DNA of 64,000 bases from Candidatus Latescibacterota bacterium. GTDB taxonomy: Bacteria > Latescibacterota > UBA2968 > GCA-2709665. Position numbers and translations under genes: made by a program. This document shows positions 11,845-21,776 of this stretch, in pieces (position 1 is the stretch's first letter; each line of letters opens with the position of its first letter). The notes beneath the pieces are model-generated. The model did no database searches and had not been told where the DNA came from. It saw only the letters and a program-made list of their open reading frames with translations. The stretch spans positions 1,344,001 to 1,408,000 of the forward strand of contig OZ250150.1 in assembly GCA_965237675.1 (NCBI GenBank), given 5' to 3'.

Positions 11845-13066
11845 GTACCCATTGACGGCTAAAGCGCCGCGTAGTCTGGGTACAGCTTTCTCAGTTTGAT
11901 CCGAGCATCGTTGGTCGTGAACCGCCAATGGACAGCCTTGCTTTTGTTGTTGCGATCGTTCGTCCAGGCGGAAATCTGCTCTTTGAGGGATTCAATATCG
12001 GGGATGCGTTCCTTCAAGCATTGGTTGCTCAAGACGCTGAGTTCGATCTCGGCGATGTTGAGCCAGCTCCCGTGTTTGGGCGTGTAGTGGATTTCGAGAC
12101 GCTTGGCCAGACGGCGAGCTTCTTCGGGTGAGAACGCCTTGTAGAGTGCCGCGGGCGTGTGCGTGTTGAGGTTATCACACACCAAGACGACGGTTTCGGC
12201 TTCACGGTAGTGAGTATCAAGGAGATCCTTGATCTCTTGGGCCCAGTCCACCGCGGTCTTGCGTTGTCTTACACGGACCTTGCGCCAGCCCGCCAGCGGT
12301 TCGGTGAACATGAAGTTCACGGCGGTTCCGTTACGTTCATACTCGTAGTCGTAGCGTTCAGGTTTGCCCGGACGTGTTGCGATCACAGTACGCGTCTCCC
12401 TGACCAACTGGACCGGGTGTTCGTCCATATTGACAACGGGCCTCTTGGCGTCGTACGGCCGCTGATAGACGTCCAGGATATCCTCCATCGCGGCGACAAA
12501 CGCGGCGTTTTGCTTGGGCGGAATCACCCAGCACGTTCTCAGGTGAGGCCTAAGTTTGTTTTTTTTAGCGTCCGCTGCACCGTTCGGTATGAGATGCTAT
12601 CGATGATCTCCAGGGCCACGAGTTCATCGGCCAGCAGCTTCAGCGTCCACCGCTTATGTCCCTTTGGAGGTTCACTGCAAGCCAACGCGATCAATCGGGC
12701 TTCCTTAGCACCATCCAGCTTTCTTTCGGTGGGAGGATGGGCTCGCTTCTTTCGCTCAAGGGCCGAATCCAGGCCCTCCAACACAAAACGCTTCCGGATG
12801 CCCTCAACCGTAGACCGATTGCACGAAAAGGCCTCCGCGATCTGCCGATCCAGCCAAGCCGGACCCTCTGCATCGGCCTTGAGAAGTACGTGGGCGTGCC
12901 TTATTCGGTAGGCTTGCGTCTTGCCTTTGCTTACCAGATCCTGCAGCCGCTCCCGTTCTTCGGGCGTCAGACGTACAACGTATTTCTTCGGCATGCCGAT
13001 GGCTCCTTCGTCTTGAGGGGAGACATCAAACTATAGGCACGCGCAGTATTAGAAGTCAACAGGTAC
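11845..13066 (-). mobile_element. IS630-family insertion sequence (two-ORF, frameshift type)
   Basis: TA duplication at 11843-11844 and 13067-13068 within a CTAG target; TIRs GTACCCATTGAC / GTACCTGTTGAC. Confidence 0.93.
11859..12994 (-). CDS. IS630 transposase, probably expressed by a programmed -1 frameshift (orfA 12994-12539, orfB ending at 11859)
   Basis: A8 run on the minus strand (T run at 12559-12566). A -1 shift gives LKKNKLRPHLRTCWVIPP, joining the HTH half to the DDE half (MDE, CDNLNTH, YTPKHGSWLNIAEIE). Confidence 0.9.
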
Positions 13067-14703
13067 TAGATCCCGCAGGCAATCCCGTGTATTCGTACAT
13101 CCTGGCGTGCATTGCAATGCTTGTGCTGGTTGTAGCCTCGGTCAATTATACAAACCTCTCGGTAGGCAGGTCATTCTCCCGTGCCCGCGAAGTTGGATTG
13201 CGCAAAGTGGCCGGTGGTCTGCGAACCCAATTGGCAACGCAGTTTCTGACAGAATCGGTACTGCTGACATTGATCGCGCTTGGGCTTGGCCTGGCGCTGG
13301 CCGAACTGTTCATGCCGGGCTTCAACAGTCTGACCCGAATGGAGTTTTCAATTTCCGATCTGGTGGATTCCACCGCACCGGTTTTTCTGGTTATCCTGTT
13401 GTTGGTGGTAGGCATCGTTTCGGGCAGTTATCCCGCGCTTATTGCGTCAAGATTTCTGCCGGCTGATGCGCTTAAAGGGCAGATGAGATTGGAACGATTG
13501 GGGCGCGTTAGACGGGTGCTTGTGGTATTCCAGGTTGCCATCTCGATTTTATTGGTTGGGTGCACGACTGTAGTCGGCCGGCAATTGAATCTGATGACGA
13601 CAAAACCGTTAGGTTTTAGTCCGAAGGATGTTTTAATAGTCCATAAAATGGATAAACTGGATGACAAGGGCGTTGCCGGAGCCTATCAGGAGGCAGCCCA
13701 GTCCTACCATGCCGTGTTGAAGACCACAAGAACAGGGCACGCCTTCAGCAACAGGGTCCAGACCTTTGCAGATGTAAGATCAAACGGTACTATCTTGAAC
13801 GACGTCGAGATCCTTGACGGTGATCTGGGCTTGCTGGAAACGCTGGGTGTGCGGCTGAGATCGGGTCGGGGATTCGAGAGAGACGGCGACGCCAAAACAT
13901 CCGTACTCGTTAATGAAGCACTGGTTGAAAAGCTGGGATGGCAAGCGCCTCTGGGAAAGACACTACAGTTAGGCAGCGGTAGCCGGAAATTTACCGTGAT
14001 CGGCGTGGTTCGCGATTTTTACTTTCATTCCGTTCATCGTTCCGTAAAGCCTGCTGTGATGAGCCTCAATCCCAGATCTCGTCGTACAAGAATGCTGATG
14101 GTTCGCATCCGACCGGACGACAGGGCAGGCGCCGTTCGTTTCCTGAAAGAGAAGTGGGAGGAAATGGCGCCCAACGAAGTGTTTTACTCTTCCTTTCTCG
14201 AGGACGACATTGACCGTCAATACCGGGAGGAACGGCGGTGGTTCAAAATCGCGGGCTACGCGACTTTCTTCGCGGTATTCATCGCCTGCCTTGGCGCCTT
14301 CGGGTTGACGTCGCTCACCGTTGCCAGGCGTACCAAAGAAATCGGGATTCGTAAAGTCCTGGGGGCGCCAACAATCGGTATCATCTCCTTGCTGACCCGT
14401 GAATATGTGGTCCTCGTTGGTATAGCCTGCTTGGTTGCGTGGCCCGTGACCTACGTCGCGGCGGATCGCTGGCTTCAGAATTTCCCGTATCGCGTGGATC
14501 CGGGGATAGGTACTTTTCTGCTGGGGGCCTTGCTCACGCTTCTCGTTGTGCTCCTCGCGGTAAGCCTGCAGGTGACCCGGGCAGCCCGGGGGAATCCCGT
14601 GGACGCGTTGCGGTATGAGTAACGGCAGGGCGTGGCGTTTACCGCGTGCCTGCCACGCCAGGAAACGTTGAAGGGATCCCAACGGCCTGATGACTCGCCG
14701 CCC

Positions 14704-14733
14704 TGTCATTCTGAGCGGAGTCGAAGAATCTCC
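14704..14733. repeat. Partial GTCATTCTGAGCGGAGTCGAAGAATCTC repeat
   Basis: Exact match to the left arm of the 1322 copy. Confidence 0.75.
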
Positions 14734-14792
14734 CGGGCTCTTGCCGCATAAACAGCATCTGGCGCTCGATGAATAGCGAGGGAGGAGAGCAA

Positions 14793-16166
14793 ATGGAGAC
14801 TGAATTTTTCGAACGTATCAAGACCTGCAATGTGGGCGACCCGTTCGCCGCTGCCAATCGAAACCGCGGCGACGCCTTGCTGTCCGTGATCGCTGGCGAA
14901 CGCGCAAGCCAGGGGCCGGGGAATAAGATTGTTGTCTGCTGCGGTAGAACCCACATTGCCTGGCAGGACTCGTACAATCAGAGGTACTTCGCTCGGGTAC
15001 GCACGCTCGATCATGAAACGCGCAGGTGGACCGCCGGTGCCATCCTGGCCGAGGGCGTCGACGAGCATTCTCGTCCCACCCTTGCGGTCGATAGCCAGGG
15101 CTACCTGCACGTGGTCATGGGCGGACACAACTCGCCTCTGCAGTACCAGCGATCGCTGCGGCCGCACGATGCGTCGGCCTGGACCTCCGTCGAGGCCTTT
15201 GGCCGAAACACCTATCCCGTGCTCCTGTGTGGCCCCAACGACACGCTTCACCTCACCGCCCGCGACGGCAGCCACAACGGCATGGAGCTTTGGGAGAGAC
15301 CGTCTGCCGGCCCGTGGCAAAGCCGTGGCCTGATCGTCACCCGGCAGCGGCGTTTCACCGGGTACACCGGCATGAACAACGACGTGGCCTGGGGCCCGGG
15401 CCGGAAGACAATGCACATGAGCATGGCCTTTTTCCTGGGTCGCAAGCCGAATGCGGGGGAGCACTCACGTGACGTATCCGGTCTGTACCAGGCCGTGGGC
15501 TACATGCGCTCCTTCGACTTCGGCCTAACCTGGCAGAAAGACGACGGGACGCCGGTTCCGCTTCCGGCGACGTCGGACACGCTTGACCTGCTAGAGGAGG
15601 GTGAGAGCAACAACCCCAAGCCCGGCATTGAGCACTGCGGCCTGGCCGTCGATTCGAAGGACCGACCCTACGTCGGCTACGTTCGTCACACACCCACGCC
15701 CTGTCGTGCCTTCTTGAAGACGTCCGACGCCGGGAGGTGGCGTGGACTGCCGTTAAGTGAGGCCGTGGCGTCGCACTGGCCCGGTTGGGGGGTACTCGCC
15801 TTCAAGCCGGTAATGACGTCCGATGACGTCCTTTGCGTTCTCGCCCAGCTCGTTGCCCTGGGGCACCCGGATGAGAACTGGGCCCCGGGTATCCATGGCC
15901 TACCCTCCTTCTGGCTGCGCGACCATCCGGAACTCTCACGCGTCGTCTGGCTCGAATCGTCCGATTACGGGGAGACATTCACGCCGCGTGAGGTACTCGC
16001 ATTCGACCCTGAACAAGGTCAGGTTATGCCTTCCTTGGAACGCCCAAACGGCTCCAACCCTATCCCACCAGGCACCCGTCCTTCATTCATCTACATGCTG
16101 GGCGAATCCCGATACGCGGACGAGGGCGAGACCATCGACAACCACCTGTACTGGGTGCGCGTCTGA
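14793..16166 (+). CDS. BNR-4 repeat-containing protein (beta-propeller; related to polysaccharide lyases/sialidases)
   Basis: HSRPTLAVDSQGYLHVVMGGHN and Asp-box-like SFDFGLTW and SSDYGETF; GGAGGAG RBS. Confidence 0.75.
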   Translation: METEFFERIKTCNVGDPFAAANRNRGDALLSVIAGERASQGPGNKIVVCCGRTHIAWQDSYNQRYFARVRTLDHETRRWTAGAILAEGVDEHSRPTLAVDSQGYLHVVMGGHNSPLQYQRSLRPHDASAWTSVEAFGRNTYPVLLCGPNDTLHLTARDGSHNGMELWERPSAGPWQSRGLIVTRQRRFTGYTGMNNDVAWGPGRKTMHMSMAFFLGRKPNAGEHSRDVSGLYQAVGYMRSFDFGLTWQKDDGTPVPLPATSDTLDLLEEGESNNPKPGIEHCGLAVDSKDRPYVGYVRHTPTPCRAFLKTSDAGRWRGLPLSEAVASHWPGWGVLAFKPVMTSDDVLCVLAQLVALGHPDENWAPGIHGLPSFWLRDHPELSRVVWLESSDYGETFTPREVLAFDPEQGQVMPSLERPNGSNPIPPGTRPSFIYMLGESRYADEGETIDNHLYWVRV

Positions 16167-16452
16167 ATCGATGCGCCTGCAGGGACCGGCACCGAGGACG
16201 ACTTCAAGCCGGGTGGATCGTTCGGTCGCACGTTTCATGCGTCGTCTCGCTCTCGTAAGGCGTCTGAGATAGTCTACGAACCGTTGCTGATTCCGGGAAT
16301 TCTAATTGTCGTCAGACCAGAATTCCAATTGTCGCTAACTGGCTTGATATTTGTCATTCCCTGAATGACCAGTCCGGGTTATCTTGGTGCAATCCGAATC
16401 CGGAGATTAAGTAAGCGGTCATTCAGGACCGCTTTTCATTTGCGGGTAACCA

Positions 16453-17634
16453 ATGTCCGGGAAACGCCAGGAAGAACGATTCCAGACCACCGACGTGATG
16501 ATGCTTTCCGGCGGGCACGCCGTGCATGACACGTACAGCGGATTTCTTGCGCCCCTGTTACCGGTCTTTATTCAGACCCTGTCTTTGACCAAAACCGAGG
16601 CAGGCATGCTGATGGTGGTCAGGCAGGCGCCGTCCGTGTTTCAGCCGATTGTCGGGCTTCGGGCGGACCGCTCGAATCTGCGCGCCCTCGTCATTCTCGG
16701 ACCCGCCGTCACGGGCATCGCGATGAGTCTGCTCGGCGTGGCCGGTGGGTACGCGACTCTCGTAGCCCTCCTGGTAATCGTCGGCTTCAGTTCGGCCGCT
16801 TTTCACGCGGTTGGACCGGCAATGGCCGGAACACTCTCAGGACCGAATCTGGGTCGCGGCATGGGAATCTGGATGTTGTGCGGTGAACTCGGCCGCACGA
16901 TGGGGCCGATTCTGATCGTGAGCGTCATCGGCCTGTGGGGCGTCGCCGGAACAGCCTATCTTCTCCCCGTGGGCATTGTGGCCTCGCTCGTCCTGTTGTT
17001 GCGGATGAGACGCGTTGCGGCTGAGGATATGTCATTCTACAGGGCGCTGCCGTGGCGTTCCGCGCTGAAACGCATGGCGCCGGTTATGGTACCGCTGTCC
17101 GGCATCGTGTTCGTCCGCGCGTTTACAATGGCCTCCCTCACCGCATTTCTGCCCACGTTCCTGAGCGAAGAGGGCGTGAGCCTGTGGCTGGCTGGCGCGT
17201 CGCTTTCCGTACTCGAAGGCGCCGGCATCGCAGGGGCCCTTATCGGCGGATGGGCGAGCGACCGGTTGGGGCGCAAGCAGGTACTTGGCTTCTCCATGAT
17301 TGCAACACCCATCCTGTTGTTTGTTTTTCTCGAGAGCCAGGGCTGGGTCCTGTTTCCCGTCCTGGTCGTCCTGGGCTTTGTCGCGCTCGCGACCGGCCCC
17401 GTGGTTATGGCGATGGTCCAGGAGAGCTGCCCCGAAAACCGGGCATTCGCCAATGGGATCTATATGGGCGGGGGTTTCACGCTTCGGGGAGTGGCGATGT
17501 TGCTGCTGGGTATGATGGGAGACGCCTATGGCCTGCGGCGGGCGTTCGAAGTCAGCGCCGTTTTGATGTTGATCGGCGTCGCGCTGGTATTGAAGATACC
17601 GGAAAGGCGGGGAGACGGGAGACGGGAGACGTAA
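16453..17634 (+). CDS. MFS transporter (Fsr-like)
   Basis: About 12 hydrophobic segments; H-x-x-HDTY, FQPIVGLRADR, AAFHA and GGWASDRLGRK motifs. Confidence 0.88.
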   Translation: MSGKRQEERFQTTDVMMLSGGHAVHDTYSGFLAPLLPVFIQTLSLTKTEAGMLMVVRQAPSVFQPIVGLRADRSNLRALVILGPAVTGIAMSLLGVAGGYATLVALLVIVGFSSAAFHAVGPAMAGTLSGPNLGRGMGIWMLCGELGRTMGPILIVSVIGLWGVAGTAYLLPVGIVASLVLLLRMRRVAAEDMSFYRALPWRSALKRMAPVMVPLSGIVFVRAFTMASLTAFLPTFLSEEGVSLWLAGASLSVLEGAGIAGALIGGWASDRLGRKQVLGFSMIATPILLFVFLESQGWVLFPVLVVLGFVALATGPVVMAMVQESCPENRAFANGIYMGGGFTLRGVAMLLLGMMGDAYGLRRAFEVSAVLMLIGVALVLKIPERRGDGRRET

Positions 17635-18160
17635 GAGGTCCACACCCGACCGCCAAACCATTGGCGATATGGACACGTGATATATTTCGGCAGCGTACGC
17701 CTTTGTAGGGGCGACCCATGGGTCGCCCGCCTGTCCTGAAGGCGGTGAGAAGGCAGACGGTAGACGTAAGACGACCACACCCCGCCGCCGAACCAGGTTA
17801 ACGATAGGGCCTGCCGGTATCACGTCACCAATGCCCGCGCCGTAACGTGGGCAAACCTGGTGGGTTGCCCATACGAATACAACGACGGCGCGCAACGCGT
17901 CGATTTCAATATCGCGGATTTTTGTTTTGTAGGGGCGGTTCGCGAACCGCCCGCCTGTCAGCTCAACCGCCGCCTTCCCGCCCGACCTCACCCCAATGTA
18001 GTGTCCGACCGTAACGCGAACTGTTAGTTCGCGGGTTATAGTCACACGCGCGCTACGAATCTTCAGCGGTGAGCGAAACGCGGTGAGAGGGAAGACGGTA
18101 GAAGGGAGACGGTAGAGGGGAGAGGTGAGACGTGAAGGGCGAGATGTCAGAGGCGAGTAA
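17601..18160. repeat. Cluster of 7-bp-period GAGACGG/GTAAGAG arrays (17601-17638, 17738-17774, 18064-18158) and GTAG-type REPs (17705-17728, 17929-17952)
   Basis: Degenerate NNAGA(C/G)G heptamers; palindromes GTAGGGGCGACCCATGGGTCGCCC and GTAGGGGCGGTTCGCGAACCGCCC. Confidence 0.75.
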
Positions 18161-18241
18161 AGACAGGTGTAAAATGGTCCGTTGGGTCGGTACTCAAAAA
18201 GGCCAATTGATAATCCGCGGATAGCAGAATTATTGGCGAAG

Positions 18242-18358
18242 TGTTCGATTTGGGACATTAGTGTATCGTTTTCGAACACTTATTATTGGGTCGAGAGCAC
18301 ACCATGTGTTTTAAATATCTGTTAATTAACAAATTGAAGCATTGGCACGTTACTCGCT
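18242..18358 (+). promoter_or_regulatory. Sigma54 promoter (TGGCACG-N4-TCGCT at 18343-18358) with two upstream TGT...ACA enhancer palindromes and an AT-rich spacer
   Basis: TGTTCGATTTGGGACA (18242) and TGTATCGTTTTCGAACA (18262); the same architecture recurs at 21594-21711. Confidence 0.78.
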
Positions 18359-19118
18359 AAAGATATGGAGCATGAAGGTGTCCGGCGTCCTTCATCGTCG
18401 CGTCCAGCGCGGTCTCAGGGGAATGCGTGGTTGATGGCGGTGTGTGTGCGCGGGCTCGCCGGTGCATGTAGATTTCACGATCGTACCGTGAACCTGGGCA
18501 TGCGGTGTACTGCCGGAAGTCGAAGCAGTCACGAAGATCGCGAGATCCAGGTCAGACTTCGCGGCTCAAATCAATGGAGGTTGTGACGCAATGCAGCCGA
18601 TTTCCGTTCTGTTCGTGATGTTCAGCGTGTGTTTGACATTTGTTGGCTGCGGGGCGGGCGATTACGTGCAGGAGGAGGTCATCGAGCGTTCAGCAGTCAT
18701 CCAACCTTCTTAATTCAAAAAGCGGGAATTTACATGGATGGACAGGATGGACGGGATAAAGCCCCAAAAGCCGGAAGAATGCTTTCGATCCTGGGCATTA
18801 GCGATAAATCCATCCACCATAACCTGCGCGACAAAACTCAGATGACGCCGGTCCCACGGTGCAGAATCCATCCCATGCACGATGCCGATCTGCAACCCCA
18901 CCCCCCCAACGGCCAGCGCGCCACCATCGCCTGTCGGCCTGTGCCGTTGGCACGGCAGACAGGTCTCTCCCTTGAAAGTCGCATGACGCCAGGGGAAGTC
19001 CACAGCCCCACAAGGCCGCCCGACCTGGGCTTTTAAACAGCATCCAATAGAGCTGATAGTGAACGGCTAAATGCAGTACTGAGGAATTGCAAATCACGAC
19101 CCAGGAGGCACGAGTCCC

Positions 19119-21470
19119 ATGCTCCGAAATTACCTGATCGTGGCGTACCGCAATCTCATGCGGCACAAGGTCTACTCCGTGATCAACGTGGCAGGCCTCT
19201 CAATCGGGATCGCATTCTGCATTCTGACGTTCCTGTACGTCCGGCGCGAGTGGACGTACGACACGTTCCACGAGAACGCGAAACGGATCTACAGGGTCTA
19301 TGTCAATTCCCGTTTCGGGCCGTCAGCTGAAACGCCGGACCCGCTGGGGCCGGCGCTGGTGGAGACGTTTTCGGACGTCCGGACCGTGAGGATTGGCGGG
19401 GGCGCTTCCTTTGCGAAGTATCAGGAAAGGACCCTTCGCGGAAGTTTTCGCTTTGCCGATCCGGCGATTCTGGAGGTGTTCACGTTTCCACTGCTGCAAG
19501 GAGACCCCGCGACGGTTCTGGAGGATCCGTACTCTCTCGTCATCACAGAAGCGGCGGCGCGGAAATACTTCGGAGATGAAGACCCCCTCGGCAAGGTCCT
19601 TTCAGTGAAACTATGGGGGCCACCGGCGGTGGACCGGGATTTCGTCATAACCGGGGTTGCAAAGTCGGTGCCCAAGACCTCCAGCATCCGGTTCGATTTT
19701 GTGGCTCCGTTTTCGGCCAGAGGCGAACCCAGAGGTTGGAATATAAGAGCTATCCGGACGTTCGTATTACTTCCTCAACACGGACGTCCGTCGGAACTCA
19801 GCGCACGGTTTTCGAATTTGTTACCCAAATATCTGCCGGCATGGATGGGAGAACAGTCGGACACCTCTGTGGGCCTCCAGCCACTCCTGGAGATGCATCT
19901 CGGACGGGGAATACCGGGACTCAGGGGAGCAGGCAATCCGGCATTTTCTTATATTCTTCTGGGAATTGCTCTGCTCGTTCTGGTGAATGCCTGCGTGAAC
20001 TTCATAACCCTTGCCGTGGGCCGGTCATTCTCCCGCGACCGCGAAGTGGCGATGCGAAAGGCGGCCGGTGCGTCGCGGACACAGTTGATGGTACAGTTCA
20101 TGGGAGAGTCGATGCTCTTGAGCGTGGTAGCCATGGTGGCCGGGATCGGTTTGGCGGAACTCGTCCTGCCGGCCTTCAACAACCTGGTGGGCAAGGACCT
20201 CGCCCTGGGCGATCAGGCCGACGGCGCGGGTCTGGCGTTTCTGTTCGGACTGGTGGCGGCCGTCGGGATGGCCGCGGGCGGCTATCCGGCCTACGTGCTG
20301 TCGGGGTTTCAGCCGGTTGCGGTGTGGAATCGACAGCGCAGGATGGGAGCCTCCAGCCTGTTTGGACGGGCGCTCGTAGTTTTCCAATTCGCCCTTTCCG
20401 TCTTCCTGGTTGTCAGTACGTTGCTGATGGTCCGGCAACTGGAGTACCTGAGGACGAAACCGCTCGGCTTCGAGAGTGATTACGTCCTGCGCATCCGGGC
20501 GTGGGACCTGTTTGAACGAGATTCAGACCTGCTTGGGGTGTATCGCAACGAGGTGATGCGACACCATTCTATCCTGGGGACCACGACGACGAGTCACGCG
20601 CTGAGCAACAGGACGAGGTACCTTACCGACATCGAGTACAAAGGCGAAGGAATAGACGTCGAGCAAGTCAATGTCGGCTACGACTTTCTGGCGACGATGG
20701 GGGTCTATCTTCTGGAGGGCGCGGATTTTGATCCACAGAGTTCGGGTTCCCGGGCTTCAATTATCGTGAACGAGGCCCTTGTCCGGCATTTGGGATGGCA
20801 AAGTCCGGTCGCGGGCAGGATGCTGCGCATGAATAAACGGGATGTTACGGTGATTGGGGTGGTAAAGGATTTTCATTTTCGCTCTCTGCACCATACGATC
20901 CGGCCGGCGGTGTTGCAGTTCGACCCGAACGGATATGGCGCCGTGCTTGTCAGGGTCCGCCCGGAGAATATCCCCGGCACGCTGGCCTTCCTCGAGGAGA
21001 AGTGGCTTGAAGTCGCTCCCGACATTCCGTTTCAGTTATCATTTCTTGACGACGAAGTGGATGGGCAATACAGGAAGGAGGAGCGCTGGAACCAAATTGT
21101 CATGTATTCTGCGTTGCTCGCGGTCTTCATCGCCTGTCTCGGGGCGTTCGGGCTAACCGCTCTTGCCGTTTCGCGCCGGACCCGGGAGATCGGGATCCGG
21201 AAGGTCCTGGGAGCCCATGGAACCGAAATCGTCTCACTCTTATCCGGGGATTTCGTTAAGCTCGTGGTCATTGCGAGTCTGATTGCCTGGCCGGTGGCGT
21301 ACTATGCGTCGGACCGATGGCTGCAGGACTTCGTGTATCGGATAGAACCGGGCATCGGCACGTTTGTATTGGGCGGGATATTGATGCTGGTGGTTGTGTT
21401 GTTGACCGTGAGTGTCCAGGCCATCCGGGCGGCGTGGGCGAACCCGGCGGACGCGCTGCGGACCGAGTGA
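19119..21470 (+). CDS. Duplicated ABC permease (permease 6), intact
   Basis: 783 aa, MLRNYLIVAYRNL...NPADALRTE; AGGAGG RBS. Confidence 0.95.
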   Translation: MLRNYLIVAYRNLMRHKVYSVINVAGLSIGIAFCILTFLYVRREWTYDTFHENAKRIYRVYVNSRFGPSAETPDPLGPALVETFSDVRTVRIGGGASFAKYQERTLRGSFRFADPAILEVFTFPLLQGDPATVLEDPYSLVITEAAARKYFGDEDPLGKVLSVKLWGPPAVDRDFVITGVAKSVPKTSSIRFDFVAPFSARGEPRGWNIRAIRTFVLLPQHGRPSELSARFSNLLPKYLPAWMGEQSDTSVGLQPLLEMHLGRGIPGLRGAGNPAFSYILLGIALLVLVNACVNFITLAVGRSFSRDREVAMRKAAGASRTQLMVQFMGESMLLSVVAMVAGIGLAELVLPAFNNLVGKDLALGDQADGAGLAFLFGLVAAVGMAAGGYPAYVLSGFQPVAVWNRQRRMGASSLFGRALVVFQFALSVFLVVSTLLMVRQLEYLRTKPLGFESDYVLRIRAWDLFERDSDLLGVYRNEVMRHHSILGTTTTSHALSNRTRYLTDIEYKGEGIDVEQVNVGYDFLATMGVYLLEGADFDPQSSGSRASIIVNEALVRHLGWQSPVAGRMLRMNKRDVTVIGVVKDFHFRSLHHTIRPAVLQFDPNGYGAVLVRVRPENIPGTLAFLEEKWLEVAPDIPFQLSFLDDEVDGQYRKEERWNQIVMYSALLAVFIACLGAFGLTALAVSRRTREIGIRKVLGAHGTEIVSLLSGDFVKLVVIASLIAWPVAYYASDRWLQDFVYRIEPGIGTFVLGGILMLVVVLLTVSVQAIRAAWANPADALRTE

Positions 21471-21593
21471 AGAGACTTGGCGTGCCCGTGTATTGAGTCT
21501 GTCACCCTCCCCAGCCTGGTAATCGGGGTTATACCGAGGGGCGCAGGCGGATCTTGCAGTTGGACCCTTGCTTCGTTGCGGGTCGCCGCCAAC

Positions 21594-21711
21594 TGTTCGT
21601 TTTCGGACATATATGTATCGAAATCGAACACTTTATTGTCGTTCGCTTGAAAGCGGTTTCGCATAAGTCTTTAAAAATTAACAATAAACAGTCAATGGCA
21701 CGGTTGTCGCT
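21594..21711 (+). promoter_or_regulatory. Sigma54 promoter (TGGCACG-N4-TCGCT at 21696-21711) with two enhancer palindromes
   Basis: TGTTCGTTTTCGGACA (21594) and TGTATCGAAATCGAACA (21614); spacing matches the 18242 module to within 1 bp. Confidence 0.8.
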
Positions 21712-21776
21712 GCTTATATTCAAGGGCTTGGTACCTTGTAGGCATTCGACATGAAAACGGAGTTTGTCCCGTTGTG

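Larger units (their letters stand above)
11041..14622 (+). pseudogene. Duplicated ABC permease (permease 5) interrupted by a second IS630
   Basis: Removing 11845-13066 plus one TA gives GVGL-DPAGNPVYSYIL in frame (permease 6 has GLRGAGNPAFSYIL); ends NPVDALRYE. Confidence 0.92.

Noticed and set aside
12539-12570. IS630 transposase as a frameshifted pseudogene
   Set aside because: An A8 slippery run at the orfA/orfB junction is the usual programmed frameshift of this IS630 subgroup.
14618-14680. attC-like site after permease 5 (TAAC...GTT with inner palindrome); similar partial patterns near 16270-16290 and 32768-32790
   Set aside because: Box spacing and pairing are too poor to support a call by eye.
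17032-18279. 415-aa minus-strand ORF
   Set aside because: It is antisense to the MFS gene and runs through heptamer/REP repeats (LPSPVSP, SRLTSPL translations), so it is a shadow ORF.
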